In this document: positions 1 through 9,622 of the stretch, in pieces
How the letters are laid out: each line of letters opens with the position of its first letter
How positions within the stretch are numbered: the stretch's first letter is position 1
Assembly (NCBI GenBank): GCA_033762915.1
Contig: JANRLD010000022.1
Location: forward strand, 1 to 29,319
From: Meiothermus sp.
GTDB lineage: Bacteria > Deinococcota > Deinococci > Deinococcales > Thermaceae
Reading direction: 5' to 3'
DNA: 29,319 nt
Notes under the pieces: generated by a model
What the model was told of the DNA's origin: nothing
Databases searched by the model: none
What the model saw: only the letters and a program-made list of their open reading frames with translations
Translations under genes and position numbers: made by a program

Positions 1-86
1 GGGTGGTGGTTTGCGGTTTCCCCGGGGGGGGGGCGGGGCCCCCCCCCCCCCCCCCGCGACTGCTCTGGAACTGCTAAACTCCCTCC

Positions 87-1157
87 ATGAAACCCTGGCT
101 GCCCTTGCTGGCGCTGCTTACCGGGTGCCTGCCCGGCCTCCAGTCGGTCAGCTTCGAGCGACCCCCCAGCCCGGACAACTGGGGGCCAAACCCGGTGCCC
201 CTGGAGTGGTGGTACGTTTCGGGCTATCTGCCCGAGGAGGGGCTGGCCTTCCACTGGGCGCTGTTCAAGGCCTTCGCGCCGCAGAACTTTCGGGTCGGGG
301 GCTTGCAGGCGGCGCGGCTGTTTCCGGGGCCTTGGCACGCCTCCCACGTCGCGGTGACCGACTTGCGGGCCAACCGCAAAACCCTCGAGGAAAAATTCGA
401 CTTCGCCCTCGACCGCACCCAGGGGGCTTCGGTGGTGCGCTTCCCGCCGCTGCTCATCCAGCAGGAAGACTGGCGGCTCGCGCAGGAAGGGGAGAGCTAC
501 CGCCTTGAGGCCGGCCCCGTTCAGGTGCGCCTGACCCCGCTCAAGCCCGCCGTGGCCCACCCCCCCGGTTACTCGGGCGTGGCGGAAACCGGGCGCATGT
601 ACTACGTCTCCTTCACCCGAATGCGCCTCGAGGGCAGCATCAACGGCCGGGCGGTGCGCGGCGAGGCCTGGATGGATCACCAGTGGGGCGACCAGATCGG
701 GATGCAGGGGGCCGAGGCAGGCTCGCTGGGGGCACTGTGGGACTGGTTCGGTCTGCACCTCTCCAGCGGCGACGACCTGATGCTTTACCGGGTCAAGAAC
801 CGCCAGGGCGAGGTGGTGCAGCTGACAGGAACCGCCACCGACCGCGATGGCCGGGTGCGCGAGATCTCAGACCTGCGGATGGTGCCCCTCATGCAGTGGA
901 CCTCTCCCACCGGGCGGACCTACCCCGTGTCCTGGCAGGTCGAGGCCGTGGGACTGTCCCTGCGCCTCGACCCACTGCGCCTCGACCAGGAATTGCTGAC
1001 CGCCTCGACTCGAGTGGCCTACTGGGAGGGGGCGGTCTCGGGCGTGGGCACCTGGCAGGAGCAGCCGGTTCTGGCCCACGGCATGGGCGAGTTCGTGGCG
1101 GGCGGCTACACCCCGCCGGGCTCGAGCGGCCTGCCACTTCAGCCGCTCAACCGATAG
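87..1157 (+). CDS. Lipocalin-like AttH/CrtC-family lipoprotein
   Basis: 356 aa. Lipobox LLTGC. Motifs EWWY, YYVSFTR, GEAWMDHQWG, WDWFGLHL, SPTGRTYP and YWEGAV are typical of the AttH/CrtC family. Extended -10 TGcTAAACT lies 6 nt before the ATG. Confidence 0.85.
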   Translation: MKPWLPLLALLTGCLPGLQSVSFERPPSPDNWGPNPVPLEWWYVSGYLPEEGLAFHWALFKAFAPQNFRVGGLQAARLFPGPWHASHVAVTDLRANRKTLEEKFDFALDRTQGASVVRFPPLLIQQEDWRLAQEGESYRLEAGPVQVRLTPLKPAVAHPPGYSGVAETGRMYYVSFTRMRLEGSINGRAVRGEAWMDHQWGDQIGMQGAEAGSLGALWDWFGLHLSSGDDLMLYRVKNRQGEVVQLTGTATDRDGRVREISDLRMVPLMQWTSPTGRTYPVSWQVEAVGLSLRLDPLRLDQELLTASTRVAYWEGAVSGVGTWQEQPVLAHGMGEFVAGGYTPPGSSGLPLQPLNR

Positions 1158-1442
1158 GAGCCGTGCGCGGCTGGTCCCGAGCTGCACTTCACATGTTGCG
1201 TGTCGGGTACCACCCCGAGCTTCGAGCGCCGAGGGTGCTGTGCGCAAAGCCTGGAATGGACGTCCGGATGGCAGACCCGACCCGCGGTGCTGGGGAGCCC
1301 TATTCGCCCGCAGGTCACGCGCTTCACCTGGAGGCCTCCGCAGATTTGCTTCGTCCCACTTGGGGCCGCTGTTATTGGGATCAACTCGAGAACCCAGCTG
1401 AGGGCCGGGGAAAATTGGAGTTGTGGTGGTTTTTTGTCGGAT

Positions 1443-1958
1443 TTACTGAGGCGATGCGGCGTTGTACTCCCGCAGGGCCCGCTCTTCTGCGGGGATGCGG
1501 ATCAGGAGCAGCAGCAGCGCATTCAGAACGGTCGCGGCCAGCGCCGTGACCCAGGCGTTGAAGACCAGCGGCAGGGAGAGCAGCTCGAGCGCTACCGCGA
1601 CATAGTTGGGGTGCGGGATGAACCTGTACGGCCCGCTGGCCACGCGCCTGCCGCCGGGTACGATGAGTATCCGGGTGTTCCAGTAGTTTCCCAGCGACGT
1701 GATGGCCCAGTACCGCAAGCCCTGAGCCAGCAGAAAAACTCCCAACCAGAGCCACCACACGCTCGAGACCTGCCCCCGGCTCAGCCCTTCCACCAGCCAC
1801 CCCAGCATCCAGCCTACGTGCAGCAGGAAGAACAGCGGGTAGTGTTCCTTGCCGTACTCCTTGGCCCCCTGGGAGAGCGCCCAAGCCAGGTTGCGGCGGG
1901 CCAGGCGCAGCTCGAGCAGCCGCTGGGTTACGACGAAGGCGAGTGCGATCCAGATCAT
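1443..1958 (-). CDS. Isoprenylcysteine carboxyl methyltransferase-family protein (SrsB/BpsB-like)
   Basis: Hydrophobic 171 aa with QRLLEL..ARRN, WNTRI, GPYRFIPHPNY and RIPAEE. Lies directly downstream of a type III PKS. Confidence 0.9.
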   Translation of the reverse strand: MIWIALAFVVTQRLLELRLARRNLAWALSQGAKEYGKEHYPLFFLLHVGWMLGWLVEGLSRGQVSSVWWLWLGVFLLAQGLRYWAITSLGNYWNTRILIVPGGRRVASGPYRFIPHPNYVAVALELLSLPLVFNAWVTALAATVLNALLLLLIRIPAEERALREYNAASPQ

Positions 1959-2074
1959 GGCATTGGGTTACCAGAGGAGCTTGGCGGCGGGCCTAGTTCG
2001 CCAGCTGCGTGCAAACTTGTTGGATCGGGGGCGACTGCGCTCAGCTTGCCCGATCAAAACCAAAGAGCCTTCAC

Positions 2075-3205
2075 TCACCACCGCAGCACCACGCCTTCCG
2101 CCGAGAAGCCCGGCCCCAATGCTAAAAGCACGCCATCCGTCCCCGAGCCCACCCGGCCCAGCATCTCCTCGAGTACGAACAGCACGGTCGGGCTGGACAT
2201 GTTGCCGTACTTGCGCAGCACCGACCAGGAAGCCTCGTGGCTGAGGTCGTCGATTCCCATGCCCTCGCGGTAGGCGGCCAGCACCTTGGCCCCGCCGGGG
2301 TGGAGCACCCAGGCCCCCACGTCGGCGGCGGTCAGGCCATGGGACTCGAGGCCGTCGTGAATCAAACTCCCCAGTTCGCCTTGCACCAGGCTCGGGATGC
2401 TCTGCGAGAAGCGCACCTTCAGCCCGCCCTGCGCCACGTCCCAGCCCATCACGTCGTAGCTGCCCGGCAGCAGCCGGGTAAACCCGCCAACGATCTCGGG
2501 GCTCGAGGCCCACGCTGTCTCCCCTCTGCCCGCCCGGTTCCCCGACTCCCGGCCCGCCCCCACCACCACCGCCGCCGCCCCGTCGGCGAACAGGCTGGTG
2601 GCGATCAGGTTGCTCTTGGAGATGTCGTTGCGGAGGAAGGTCAGGCTGCACAACTCCACCGCCACCATCAGCACGACCTGTCCGGGCCGGTGCTGGGCCA
2701 GCTCTGCCGAGCGTGCCAGCCCCGCCGCCCCGCCCGCGCAGCCCAGCCCCCACAAGGGCAGCCGCACCGCCGAGAGCGGAATCCCCAGCCGCTGGATCAG
2801 GTAGCTCTCGAGGTTCGGGGTAGCAATCCCGGTGGTGGTCACCATGACCACTGCCCCCACCTCCTCGGCCCCCACTCCAGCTTGCTCTAGGGCCTTCCGG
2901 CTGGCCTCGAGCGAGATCTCCAGCGCGGCACCGAACCACAGGGTGTTCTTCTCCTCGAAGCTGTGATCGTGGGCGAACCACTCCAGCGGCGCCCCCAGGT
3001 ACCTGCCCTCGATTCCGGTGTTCTCAAACACCCCCATCAGCCGCTCGATTCCCGGCAGCCGGTCGAACATCGAGCGCACCAGGGTCTGAACCTCGGCCTG
3101 GCCGTAGCGGTGCGGTGGGTTGGCCGTTCCCACGCCCAGGACTCGAGCCTGCGGCGTGCCCTGGCGCTCGACTCCCGACCCCCGACCCTCGACAGTCCTG
3201 AACAT
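2075..3205 (-). CDS. Type III polyketide synthase (SrsA/BpsA-like)
   Basis: Cys-His-Asn triad in GLGCAGG, LHPGG and YGNMSS, plus LFADGA and GPGFS. ATG at 3205 overlaps the upstream stop (TGATG). Confidence 0.93.
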   Translation of the reverse strand: MFRTVEGRGSGVERQGTPQARVLGVGTANPPHRYGQAEVQTLVRSMFDRLPGIERLMGVFENTGIEGRYLGAPLEWFAHDHSFEEKNTLWFGAALEISLEASRKALEQAGVGAEEVGAVVMVTTTGIATPNLESYLIQRLGIPLSAVRLPLWGLGCAGGAAGLARSAELAQHRPGQVVLMVAVELCSLTFLRNDISKSNLIATSLFADGAAAVVVGAGRESGNRAGRGETAWASSPEIVGGFTRLLPGSYDVMGWDVAQGGLKVRFSQSIPSLVQGELGSLIHDGLESHGLTAADVGAWVLHPGGAKVLAAYREGMGIDDLSHEASWSVLRKYGNMSSPTVLFVLEEMLGRVGSGTDGVLLALGPGFSAEGVVLRW

Positions 3206-3999
3206 CAATCTGCCTCTGGGGTCTTGCAGGTGTCGCGGAAGACGTACTGCGAGATGCGCTTGCGGTGGTCGGACTTCCAGTCGATCCGGTTGCGCGGCTT
3301 CTCGGCATCGGGGAAGGTGTAGCCCAGCCGGTACACGGCCATCAGCTCGAGGGTGTCGGGTACCTCGAGCACCCTCTGCAACTCTTCCCAGGCCTCGGGG
3401 ATTTCCATCGGGGTGCTGACGAACTGGATACCCATGCCCAACTCGACCGTGGTGAGCCAGATGTTCTCAATGGCCATCCCCAAGCCCAAGACGCTGTAGA
3501 AACCGGAGAGCTGGCCGGGGAGGTACTCCTGCTTGTCCAGCAGGGCCGCCAGCAGCAGCGGTGAGCCCGCCACCAGCTTGCGGTTGTCCTCGCCCAGCGT
3601 CCGGGGAACCTGCAAGGTCTTGAGCAGACCCAGCGCGTTCTTGCTCATGATCTGCTTGGTGAAGGGGCGCAGCGGCCCGGGCAACTGGTCAATCAGGATG
3701 CCGTCGCGCCGCTCCCCCATGTCCCGCTCGGAGAAGCGGAAGTAGGGCTTATAGCGCTCAAAAAACTTGCCCTCGGCGATCAGCCGCTCCATCGAGCTGC
3801 CACCCAGCTCGGCCACGCGCTCGCGCTTGGCCTTGTCCTCGATCAGGATGAACCGCCAGGGCTGTGAGTTGAAGTGACTGGGGGCGCGGCTGGCGGCCTC
3901 CATCAGCAGGTGCTGGTGCTCCCTGGACACCGGCTTGTCCAGGAAGGGGCCGTTGGTGGTTTTGCGTCTTCGGATAACGTCCAGGAACTCCATCGTCAT
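3205..3999 (-). CDS. Nitroreductase-family flavoprotein
   Basis: [18 protein letters not shown] and ENIWL...LGMG motifs. Start at 3999 overlaps the upstream stop (ATGA). The longer ORF-track extension overlaps another gene and was trimmed. Confidence 0.88.
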   Translation of the reverse strand: MTMEFLDVIRRRKTTNGPFLDKPVSREHQHLLMEAASRAPSHFNSQPWRFILIEDKAKRERVAELGGSSMERLIAEGKFFERYKPYFRFSERDMGERRDGILIDQLPGPLRPFTKQIMSKNALGLLKTLQVPRTLGEDNRKLVAGSPLLLAALLDKQEYLPGQLSGFYSVLGLGMAIENIWLTTVELGMGIQFVSTPMEIPEAWEELQRVLEVPDTLELMAVYRLGYTFPDAEKPRNRIDWKSDHRKRISQYVFRDTCKTPEAD

Positions 4000-4283
4000 G
4001 CCCCCAGGGCCAGCAGATATCCCACCAAACCTACCACACCCAGCACCGGGTGAAGTGTGGTGCGAGGCCGCGCCTTTGGGAAAATTGCCAGACAAGCCAC
4101 CGTAAGCAGCAGCCACCACTCCCGCACGAAGACCAGCGCCGCCACCGCCGAAGCGAAGACCAGAAAGTAGAGGACGTGGTGCCATATTCCGAAGTGCCCC
4201 AGCCGGAATTGCGCTGCCAAACCCACCAACAGGTTCAGCGCATATAGCGCGAAGGCAGCAGCCAGAATGGGGTGCGGACTCAT
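3996..4283 (-). CDS. Small multi-pass membrane protein
   Basis: 95 aa with about 4 hydrophobic segments and conserved-looking His residues (WHH, LHP). ATGA-coupled to the nitroreductase. Confidence 0.7.
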   Translation of the reverse strand: MSPHPILAAAFALYALNLLVGLAAQFRLGHFGIWHHVLYFLVFASAVAALVFVREWWLLLTVACLAIFPKARPRTTLHPVLGVVGLVGYLLALGA

Positions 4284-4449
4284 GCCCTACCTGCGGCCCT
4301 TCTGGTGAGCGGGCTCGAGGGGCTTCGCACCGTTGCGACGGACATAGAGCTATTCTATTGCCATCGGGCCGGAATTCTTCCACGCCGGGTGTTTCGTGCG
4401 GCCCCCTCTGCCCAAAACGCTCCGGTGGGCTCAGCGCGGCCCAGCAGCC

Positions 4450-5202
4450 TCAGACCGTGAAACTCTCCGGCGGCAGCGGAAAGCCCAGCGCCTCGAGCAG
4501 CGCCGCAAGGTGGAAGCGCTGGAACTCCTCGGGGCCGATGTACTCGCCGATCAGCCGCAGCGCCTCGGATGGGGCGGGCTTGAGGGCCAGGAGGGTGTGG
4601 AAGGGCTGGAGCAGGTTCATGGGCAGCGTTCCGCCGGAGTAGATCACCAGGTCGGCCTGCCGCGCCACCACCTCCGACTGCACCTCCGCCACCCCCACCA
4701 CGCCCCGCTGGGGGCCGGGGATCAGGCTTAGGAAGCCCTCGCCCTCGGGGAAGTTGCGGCTCAGCACGGAAACCTTGGAGAGGTAGCGCAGCCCCTGGGC
4801 CATCTCGGCCCTGGCTGGGCCGACCCACACCGCCCGCTCCCCGAAGGCGTGCCGGCGCAGGAGCATCGCCAGCGCGACCGGCTCGAGGTAGTACCCCCTC
4901 GGCCCCAGGTTTTCGGGCACCACGGCGTCGACCCGGCGGGCCTGCTGGGCCTCGGCCTCGAGGCTCACCACCCCGTCCAGCGCTACTGCCTGCAGGCCAG
5001 GGTCCTCGATCACCACGCCGGCAAAGCCTAGCGGCCTGAGGGCCTGGAAGGCCGCGCCGAGGTCGCTCCCGGGCTGGGCAGCGTAGACGAACAGAGGCAG
5101 GTCGTGCTGCGTGGCAGCCGTGAGCAGGGAAGGGAACCAGCGACTCTGCCCGCTGTGCAACACCACCAGAGGGCGCACCGGGGCGTGGAGAGGTCGGCTC
5201 AT
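4450..5202 (-). CDS. Shikimate dehydrogenase (AroE)-like protein with degenerate motifs
   Basis: AroE-like layout (LRPLGFAGV, EAQQARRVDAV, RAVWVG, ADLVIYS). Start chosen at ATG 5202, preceded by TAGATT -10 at 7 nt. Confidence 0.6.
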   Translation of the reverse strand: MSRPLHAPVRPLVVLHSGQSRWFPSLLTAATQHDLPLFVYAAQPGSDLGAAFQALRPLGFAGVVIEDPGLQAVALDGVVSLEAEAQQARRVDAVVPENLGPRGYYLEPVALAMLLRRHAFGERAVWVGPARAEMAQGLRYLSKVSVLSRNFPEGEGFLSLIPGPQRGVVGVAEVQSEVVARQADLVIYSGGTLPMNLLQPFHTLLALKPAPSEALRLIGEYIGPEEFQRFHLAALLEALGFPLPPESFTV

Positions 5203-5451
5203 TGTCTTTAATCTACCGGGAAACCCCAAAGGTTGAAAGCAGGTCGCCATGTAGTCAGCGACACCGCGCTCCGCTCTGCGCCGCAACAGTGGGACACGAT
5301 GGGTTCGCCACTCCAGAGGGCTCCCGCTGCATTCGGCCTTTGGGCGCTACCCCCAAGGCCTTGCGGGCTGGGTCTCCCCTGGCATCATGGAGATGCTTAT
5401 GGCGGTAGGCTGGCAAGTCCGTTGCACCAAGTTATGCCCGGCGCTCGCCCC

Positions 5452-5760
5452 TCAACCCTCCGCCCCTTTACCCTCCGCCTCCAGCTGAGCCATCCGACGA
5501 ATAAACCCCAGCGCCTCGGCCTCGGTGCGGGCCTCGAGGACGGTCTGGCCGGTTCGCTTGTCCCAAACCCGGTAGCCCGACCCCTGGGCCTCGTACCCGA
5601 AGGGCGATGAGGCCGCTCCCTCGAGCACCTCCGCCCGCCGCCTCCGCCCCTGCACCCAAGCCCACGTAACCAGCCCCGCCATCAGCAACCCCACTGCCCA
5701 CAGCAGCAGCGCCAGGTAGTTTCGCTGCTCGCGGGTGCAGTCGCAGATTAACTGGGGCAT
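5452..5760 (-). CDS. Hypothetical single-pass membrane protein
   Basis: One TM helix followed by an RRRR stop-transfer and a small soluble domain. Start uncertain. Confidence 0.5.
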   Translation of the reverse strand: MPQLICDCTREQRNYLALLLWAVGLLMAGLVTWAWVQGRRRRAEVLEGAASSPFGYEAQGSGYRVWDKRTGQTVLEARTEAEALGFIRRMAQLEAEGKGAEG

Positions 5761-6020
5761 TTGGGGCGGGAGCAGGGGGCAGTAAACAAGGGTTTGGAAG
5801 CCGAGGGGCGTACAGCCAGCGCTAGGGCTCGAGGGGCCGCCTCATCTCCCTGCGTCTGTTCCGCTTCAACCCCTCTAGGTTGCGCCAGGGTGAGTCTGCG
5901 AGACCACGGGGGAAAACCGCTGCCTTCATGATGCAATTTCCTACGGGCGCTTCGGGGCGGCATTGCGCCGTTCAACTATGGAACACCTATAGCCTCCCCA
6001 TCCGACGCATGCTTCCCGCC

Positions 6021-6737
6021 CTACTCCCCTTTCCACAAGATCCGCCCGCAGCTCGGGCAGCGCACAACCTTGTTGCTGCCGTAGACCTGCTGAGCCACAT
6101 GCATGGGGAGTTGGACATTGCAGGCGGTGCAGCGGTGGCCGGAGCCTGCCTTGGCGATTTTGGCGAGTCCGGTGCCTTTGCGGGCACGGCGAATCGACTC
6201 ATACTCCTTGACGATGTTGAGGGGGATCTCCTCGGCTATAGAGTCGCGCTCGAAGCGCTTGGCCTGGAAGGTCTCCTCGAGCTGCTCTACGCGCGCCTTG
6301 TTGGCGGACTCGAGGCCGTCCAGGCTGGGGCGGGCCTCCTCCACCTTGGCCTTGACCCCCTCGACTTGGGCTTCGAGTTTCTCGGTCTGCTCCATTAGGG
6401 GCAGGATTTCGCCGTCGATCTCCTCGATCAGACCAGTGATTTGTCGCACCTGCTCGCTGTACTGGGTCTGCTCTTTGGGAGTGGAGGCGTTGGAGGCCGC
6501 AGTCTTGGCTTTGTCGCGCTTGCCCAGCAGGTCTTGGCGCTCGAGGTCAGCCCTGCGGTAGGCTACCCGTACGTCACGGAGTTGGTCTTGCAGGTCGGCC
6601 AGTTGGGCCTCGAGTTTCTTGAAGTGTGCCCGCGCCGCGATGAGCTCCTCCGGGGTACGGCTTTGGTCTTCGCGGATGGCGTCCAACTCTAGGTCCCGCT
6701 CCTGAAGACGGTTCAATTCGGCCAACGGGTCGCTCAC
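6021..6737 (-). CDS. Coiled-coil protein with C-terminal C4 zinc ribbon (COG1579-like)
   Basis: Long coiled coil, then CTAC...CPSCGRIL. TGtTAGACT -10 lies 6 nt before the GTG. Confidence 0.88.
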   Translation of the reverse strand: MSDPLAELNRLQERDLELDAIREDQSRTPEELIAARAHFKKLEAQLADLQDQLRDVRVAYRRADLERQDLLGKRDKAKTAASNASTPKEQTQYSEQVRQITGLIEEIDGEILPLMEQTEKLEAQVEGVKAKVEEARPSLDGLESANKARVEQLEETFQAKRFERDSIAEEIPLNIVKEYESIRRARKGTGLAKIAKAGSGHRCTACNVQLPMHVAQQVYGSNKVVRCPSCGRILWKGE

Positions 6738-6870
6738 GCCTCTAGTCTAACATCCGAAATAGGGGTCTGGGTCAAGAGGTTAGGGTTCAATCCGGGGTAA
6801 TTTCATCTGCTGGACGGCTCGAGCTGACTCTTCCCTGGAAAAATTTCGTGCTGCTCCACCGATTTGTCGT

Positions 6871-7479
6871 TTACTGTAAGTAAGGGTTACTGCGCCGCTC
6901 TTCGCCGATGGTGGTGCGGGGTCCGTGGCCGGGGTATACCACGGTTTCGGGCGGCAGCTGCATCAGCCGCTGCAGCGAGGCCATCAGGTCTTGGGCGTTG
7001 GAGCTGGGCAGGTCGTAGCGCCCGATGCCGCCCTTGAACAGCACGTCGCCGCCGATAAGGTGTCCGGGCGTGTAGAAAGCTACGTGGCCGGGGCTGTGGC
7101 CGGGCACGAAGAGTACCTCTAGGCCTAGGCCGAACTCGAGCCGCTGGCCCGGCTCCAGGGGCAGGGTCGGGGCGGTTGGCTGAGCCAGGGGAATGCCCCA
7201 TCGCCCCGCGGACTCGGCGGCCATCGTGTACAGAGCAAGGTCTTGGGGATGAAGGTACACGCTCAGGTTCAGGTGCTTCAAGCCCTCGATGGCCCCCACG
7301 TGGTCGAAGTGCCCATGCGTGAGGAGGATGGCCTCCGGCTTAAGCCCCACCCGCTCGACTTCCCTCAATATTCGCTCGGCCTCGTCGCCGGGGTCTACGA
7401 TGACGCCTCGAGCGTCCTCGCCTACCAGCAGGTAGGTGTTCTCTTGCAGCGGGCCGACGGTTAGGCCGTGGACGGTCAT
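6871..7479 (-). CDS. MBL-fold metallo-hydrolase (glyoxalase II-like)
   Basis: VDPG, THGHFDH, PGHSPG, GDVLF and YPGHG motifs. Confidence 0.92.
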   Translation of the reverse strand: MTVHGLTVGPLQENTYLLVGEDARGVIVDPGDEAERILREVERVGLKPEAILLTHGHFDHVGAIEGLKHLNLSVYLHPQDLALYTMAAESAGRWGIPLAQPTAPTLPLEPGQRLEFGLGLEVLFVPGHSPGHVAFYTPGHLIGGDVLFKGGIGRYDLPSSNAQDLMASLQRLMQLPPETVVYPGHGPRTTIGEERRSNPYLQ

Positions 7480-7598
7480 GACAACAGTTTAGAGGAAAGC
7501 GCAAAGGGGAGAGAGGAAGGAGAGACCACACCCATCACGCTCTTGCCCTTTACCTTCCTCTCGATCCATCCTGGGTCTTACTTGACAGTCATCCTTGA

Positions 7599-7619
7599 CC
7601 TGAGTCTGTTAGACTAAAC
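7599..7619 (+). promoter_or_regulatory. HAIR-like (HspR) operator overlapping the extended -10 of dnaJ
   Basis: CCTGAGT-N7-ACTAAAC matches the HAIR consensus CTTGAGT-N7-ACTCAAG at 11/14 and overlaps TGtTAGACT (7607-7615). Confidence 0.6.
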
Positions 7620-7623
7620 TTCG

Positions 7624-8706
7624 ATGAACGACTACTACGCAACCCTGGGCGTAGACAAGGATGCATCCGCCGACGAGATCAAAAAGGCTTACCGCAAACT
7701 TGCGCTGCAATACCACCCTGACCGCAACCCCGGCGACAAGGCCGCCGAGGAGCAGTTCAAGTCCATCAACGAAGCCTACGCCGTCCTATCCGACCCGGAG
7801 AAGCGCTCCAACTACGACCGCTTCGGTACCGCGAACCCCGGTGGGGGGTTTCCCGGAGGCGGTGCCGGCAACTTCGGCGACATCTTCGACCTGTTCGAGC
7901 AGGTGTTCGGGACGCGCTCGGCGGGCGGGCCGGGGCGTGCACCGCGCGGGGAAGACCTCGAGGCCCACCTCGAAATGGAGCTTACCGACGTTCTGCACGG
8001 CGTCGAGAAGCCCCTCGAGTACGACCGCCTGACCACCTGCGAGACCTGCACGGGCCAGGGAGGCAAGCGCGAGGTCTGTAAGGCCTGCCAGGGGCGTGGG
8101 GTACAGGAGCAAATGCAGCGCACCATCTTCGGCAACATGATGGCCCAGGTGCCTTGCGCTACCTGCTCCGGGCGCGGCTACCGCCTGAGCGAGACTTGCC
8201 AGACCTGCAAGGGCCAGGGCCGCACCCGCAGGCGCGAGAAGATCAGCGTGAAGATGCCCGCCGGGATTGACGACAACCAGCTCCTTCGGGTCTCGGGCAT
8301 GGGGAACAAAGGACCGGGAGGGGCCGGAGACCTCTTCGTGCGGCCACACATCCGGCCCCACCCCCAGCTCCACCGCGAAGGCCCCAATCTGATTTATGAG
8401 CTGAAACTGGGCTTGGCCCAGGCCGCGCTGGGTTCCAAGACCGAGGTGCCGGGCCTCGAGGCCCCCATCGAGTTTAACGTGCCCCCCGGAACCCGCGACG
8501 GCGAGGTCTTCGAGCTCGATGGTAAGGGCCTGCCTTATCCGGGCAGCAGCAGGCGCGGCAAGCTTCAGGTGGTCACGCAGATCAGCGTGCCCACCAACCT
8601 CTCGAGCAAGGCCAAGGAACTCCTGCGCCAGTATGCTGCCGAGGTGGGAGAGGAAGTGGCCCCGGACGGCTTCTGGGACAAGGTGAAGCGGGTGTTTAAG
8701 GGGTAG
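7624..8706 (+). CDS. dnaJ: Chaperone DnaJ
   Basis: J domain with HPD, a G/F region, four CxxCxGxG repeats and a C-terminal domain. Confidence 0.95.
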   Translation: MNDYYATLGVDKDASADEIKKAYRKLALQYHPDRNPGDKAAEEQFKSINEAYAVLSDPEKRSNYDRFGTANPGGGFPGGGAGNFGDIFDLFEQVFGTRSAGGPGRAPRGEDLEAHLEMELTDVLHGVEKPLEYDRLTTCETCTGQGGKREVCKACQGRGVQEQMQRTIFGNMMAQVPCATCSGRGYRLSETCQTCKGQGRTRRREKISVKMPAGIDDNQLLRVSGMGNKGPGGAGDLFVRPHIRPHPQLHREGPNLIYELKLGLAQAALGSKTEVPGLEAPIEFNVPPGTRDGEVFELDGKGLPYPGSSRRGKLQVVTQISVPTNLSSKAKELLRQYAAEVGEEVAPDGFWDKVKRVFKG

Positions 8707-8851
8707 AGGGTGGAGCTGGGGGCGGCTTCGAGCGAGCCAAACGCTCGCCGAGCCAACCCCTTGCCCTGAGGGTAGGCAAGGAACCAACCCCACCGAACAG
8801 ACGATACCGCACGGCGGCCCAGGTGCTACCCTGTAGCCCAGGAGGCAGGGT

Positions 8852-9412
8852 ATGAATGCAGCGTCGGGCGGTTCGCGCAATCAAGTTTTGGGCATCATTC
8901 TGGTGGCCCTGGGGGTGTTGTTTTTCGTCGGGCAGTTTGCGGACTTTGGCTCGGTGGCTTGGCCGTTCTTCATCATCGCGCCAGGCCTCGGGCTCCTGGT
9001 CTGGGCCCTGGTGGGTGGGCGGGGCGCGGCAGGTCTGGCGATTCCTGGCAGCATCGTGACCACCATTGGGCTGATCCTATTCACCCAGAACCTCTTCGGG
9101 CGATTTGAGAGCTGGGCCTACGCCTGGGCGTTGCTGATCGCGGCCGGCGGGTTCGGCACCTTCCTGATGGGCGTCCTGACCGACCACAGCGCCAACAAAG
9201 ACCGGGGCTGGAACTCGATGCTGGCGGGCTTGGGGTTGTTCGTGGTGTTCGGGGCTTTCTTCGAACTGTTCATTTTCAACCAGAGCATTCTGGGCAACTA
9301 CCTGGTGCCTGTGGCGTTGATCGCTGCGGGAATCTGGCTGATCGCCCGGCAGCAGAGCCAAAAGTCCTCGAGCATCCCGCCCAGCGATAGCCAACTCCAG
9401 GAGAAGAAGTAA
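8852..9412 (+). CDS. Membrane protein (LiaF/LiaI-TM-like)
   Basis: About 6 TM segments with GIILVALGVLF and WPFFII. RBS AGGAGG. Confidence 0.7.
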   Translation: MNAASGGSRNQVLGIILVALGVLFFVGQFADFGSVAWPFFIIAPGLGLLVWALVGGRGAAGLAIPGSIVTTIGLILFTQNLFGRFESWAYAWALLIAAGGFGTFLMGVLTDHSANKDRGWNSMLAGLGLFVVFGAFFELFIFNQSILGNYLVPVALIAAGIWLIARQQSQKSSSIPPSDSQLQEKK

Positions 9413-9622
9413 GGAAGGTCGCTGGCTGGCCCTGAGTGCAAAAAACTCGAACCGAAGGGTAACAAGTCATAGGTCAAATAGCCCAAACCCACACGGGACC
9501 GTGCGTACGGACATGGGGAGCGTCTCTCCGCCTTGAACCCTTCATCGGTCCTGGCACTACGCGATAACCTCATCGCGTTTTCCACCATTACCTCTCCTCG
9601 AGGCGGCAGGGAGTCTACTCCC

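Noticed and set aside
1..57. Long G and C homopolymer runs (possible G-quadruplex or hairpin) and ORF 11-508
   Set aside because: Located at the sequence edge and typical of low-quality or artefactual sequence. The ORF is a shadow of 87-1157.
1158..1442. 285-bp gap as a possible ncRNA or small gene
   Set aside because: No recognisable RNA motif, and no frame gives a recognisable protein.
5761..6020. Possible RNase P RNA downstream of the zinc-ribbon gene
   Set aside because: The conserved GAGGAAAGUCC signature is absent on both strands.
7786..8880. Long antisense or alternate-frame ORFs (also 1200-2273, 1968-2981, 22230-23171, 28047-28997)
   Set aside because: Shadows of well-supported genes, expected in high-GC DNA, with no motifs of their own.
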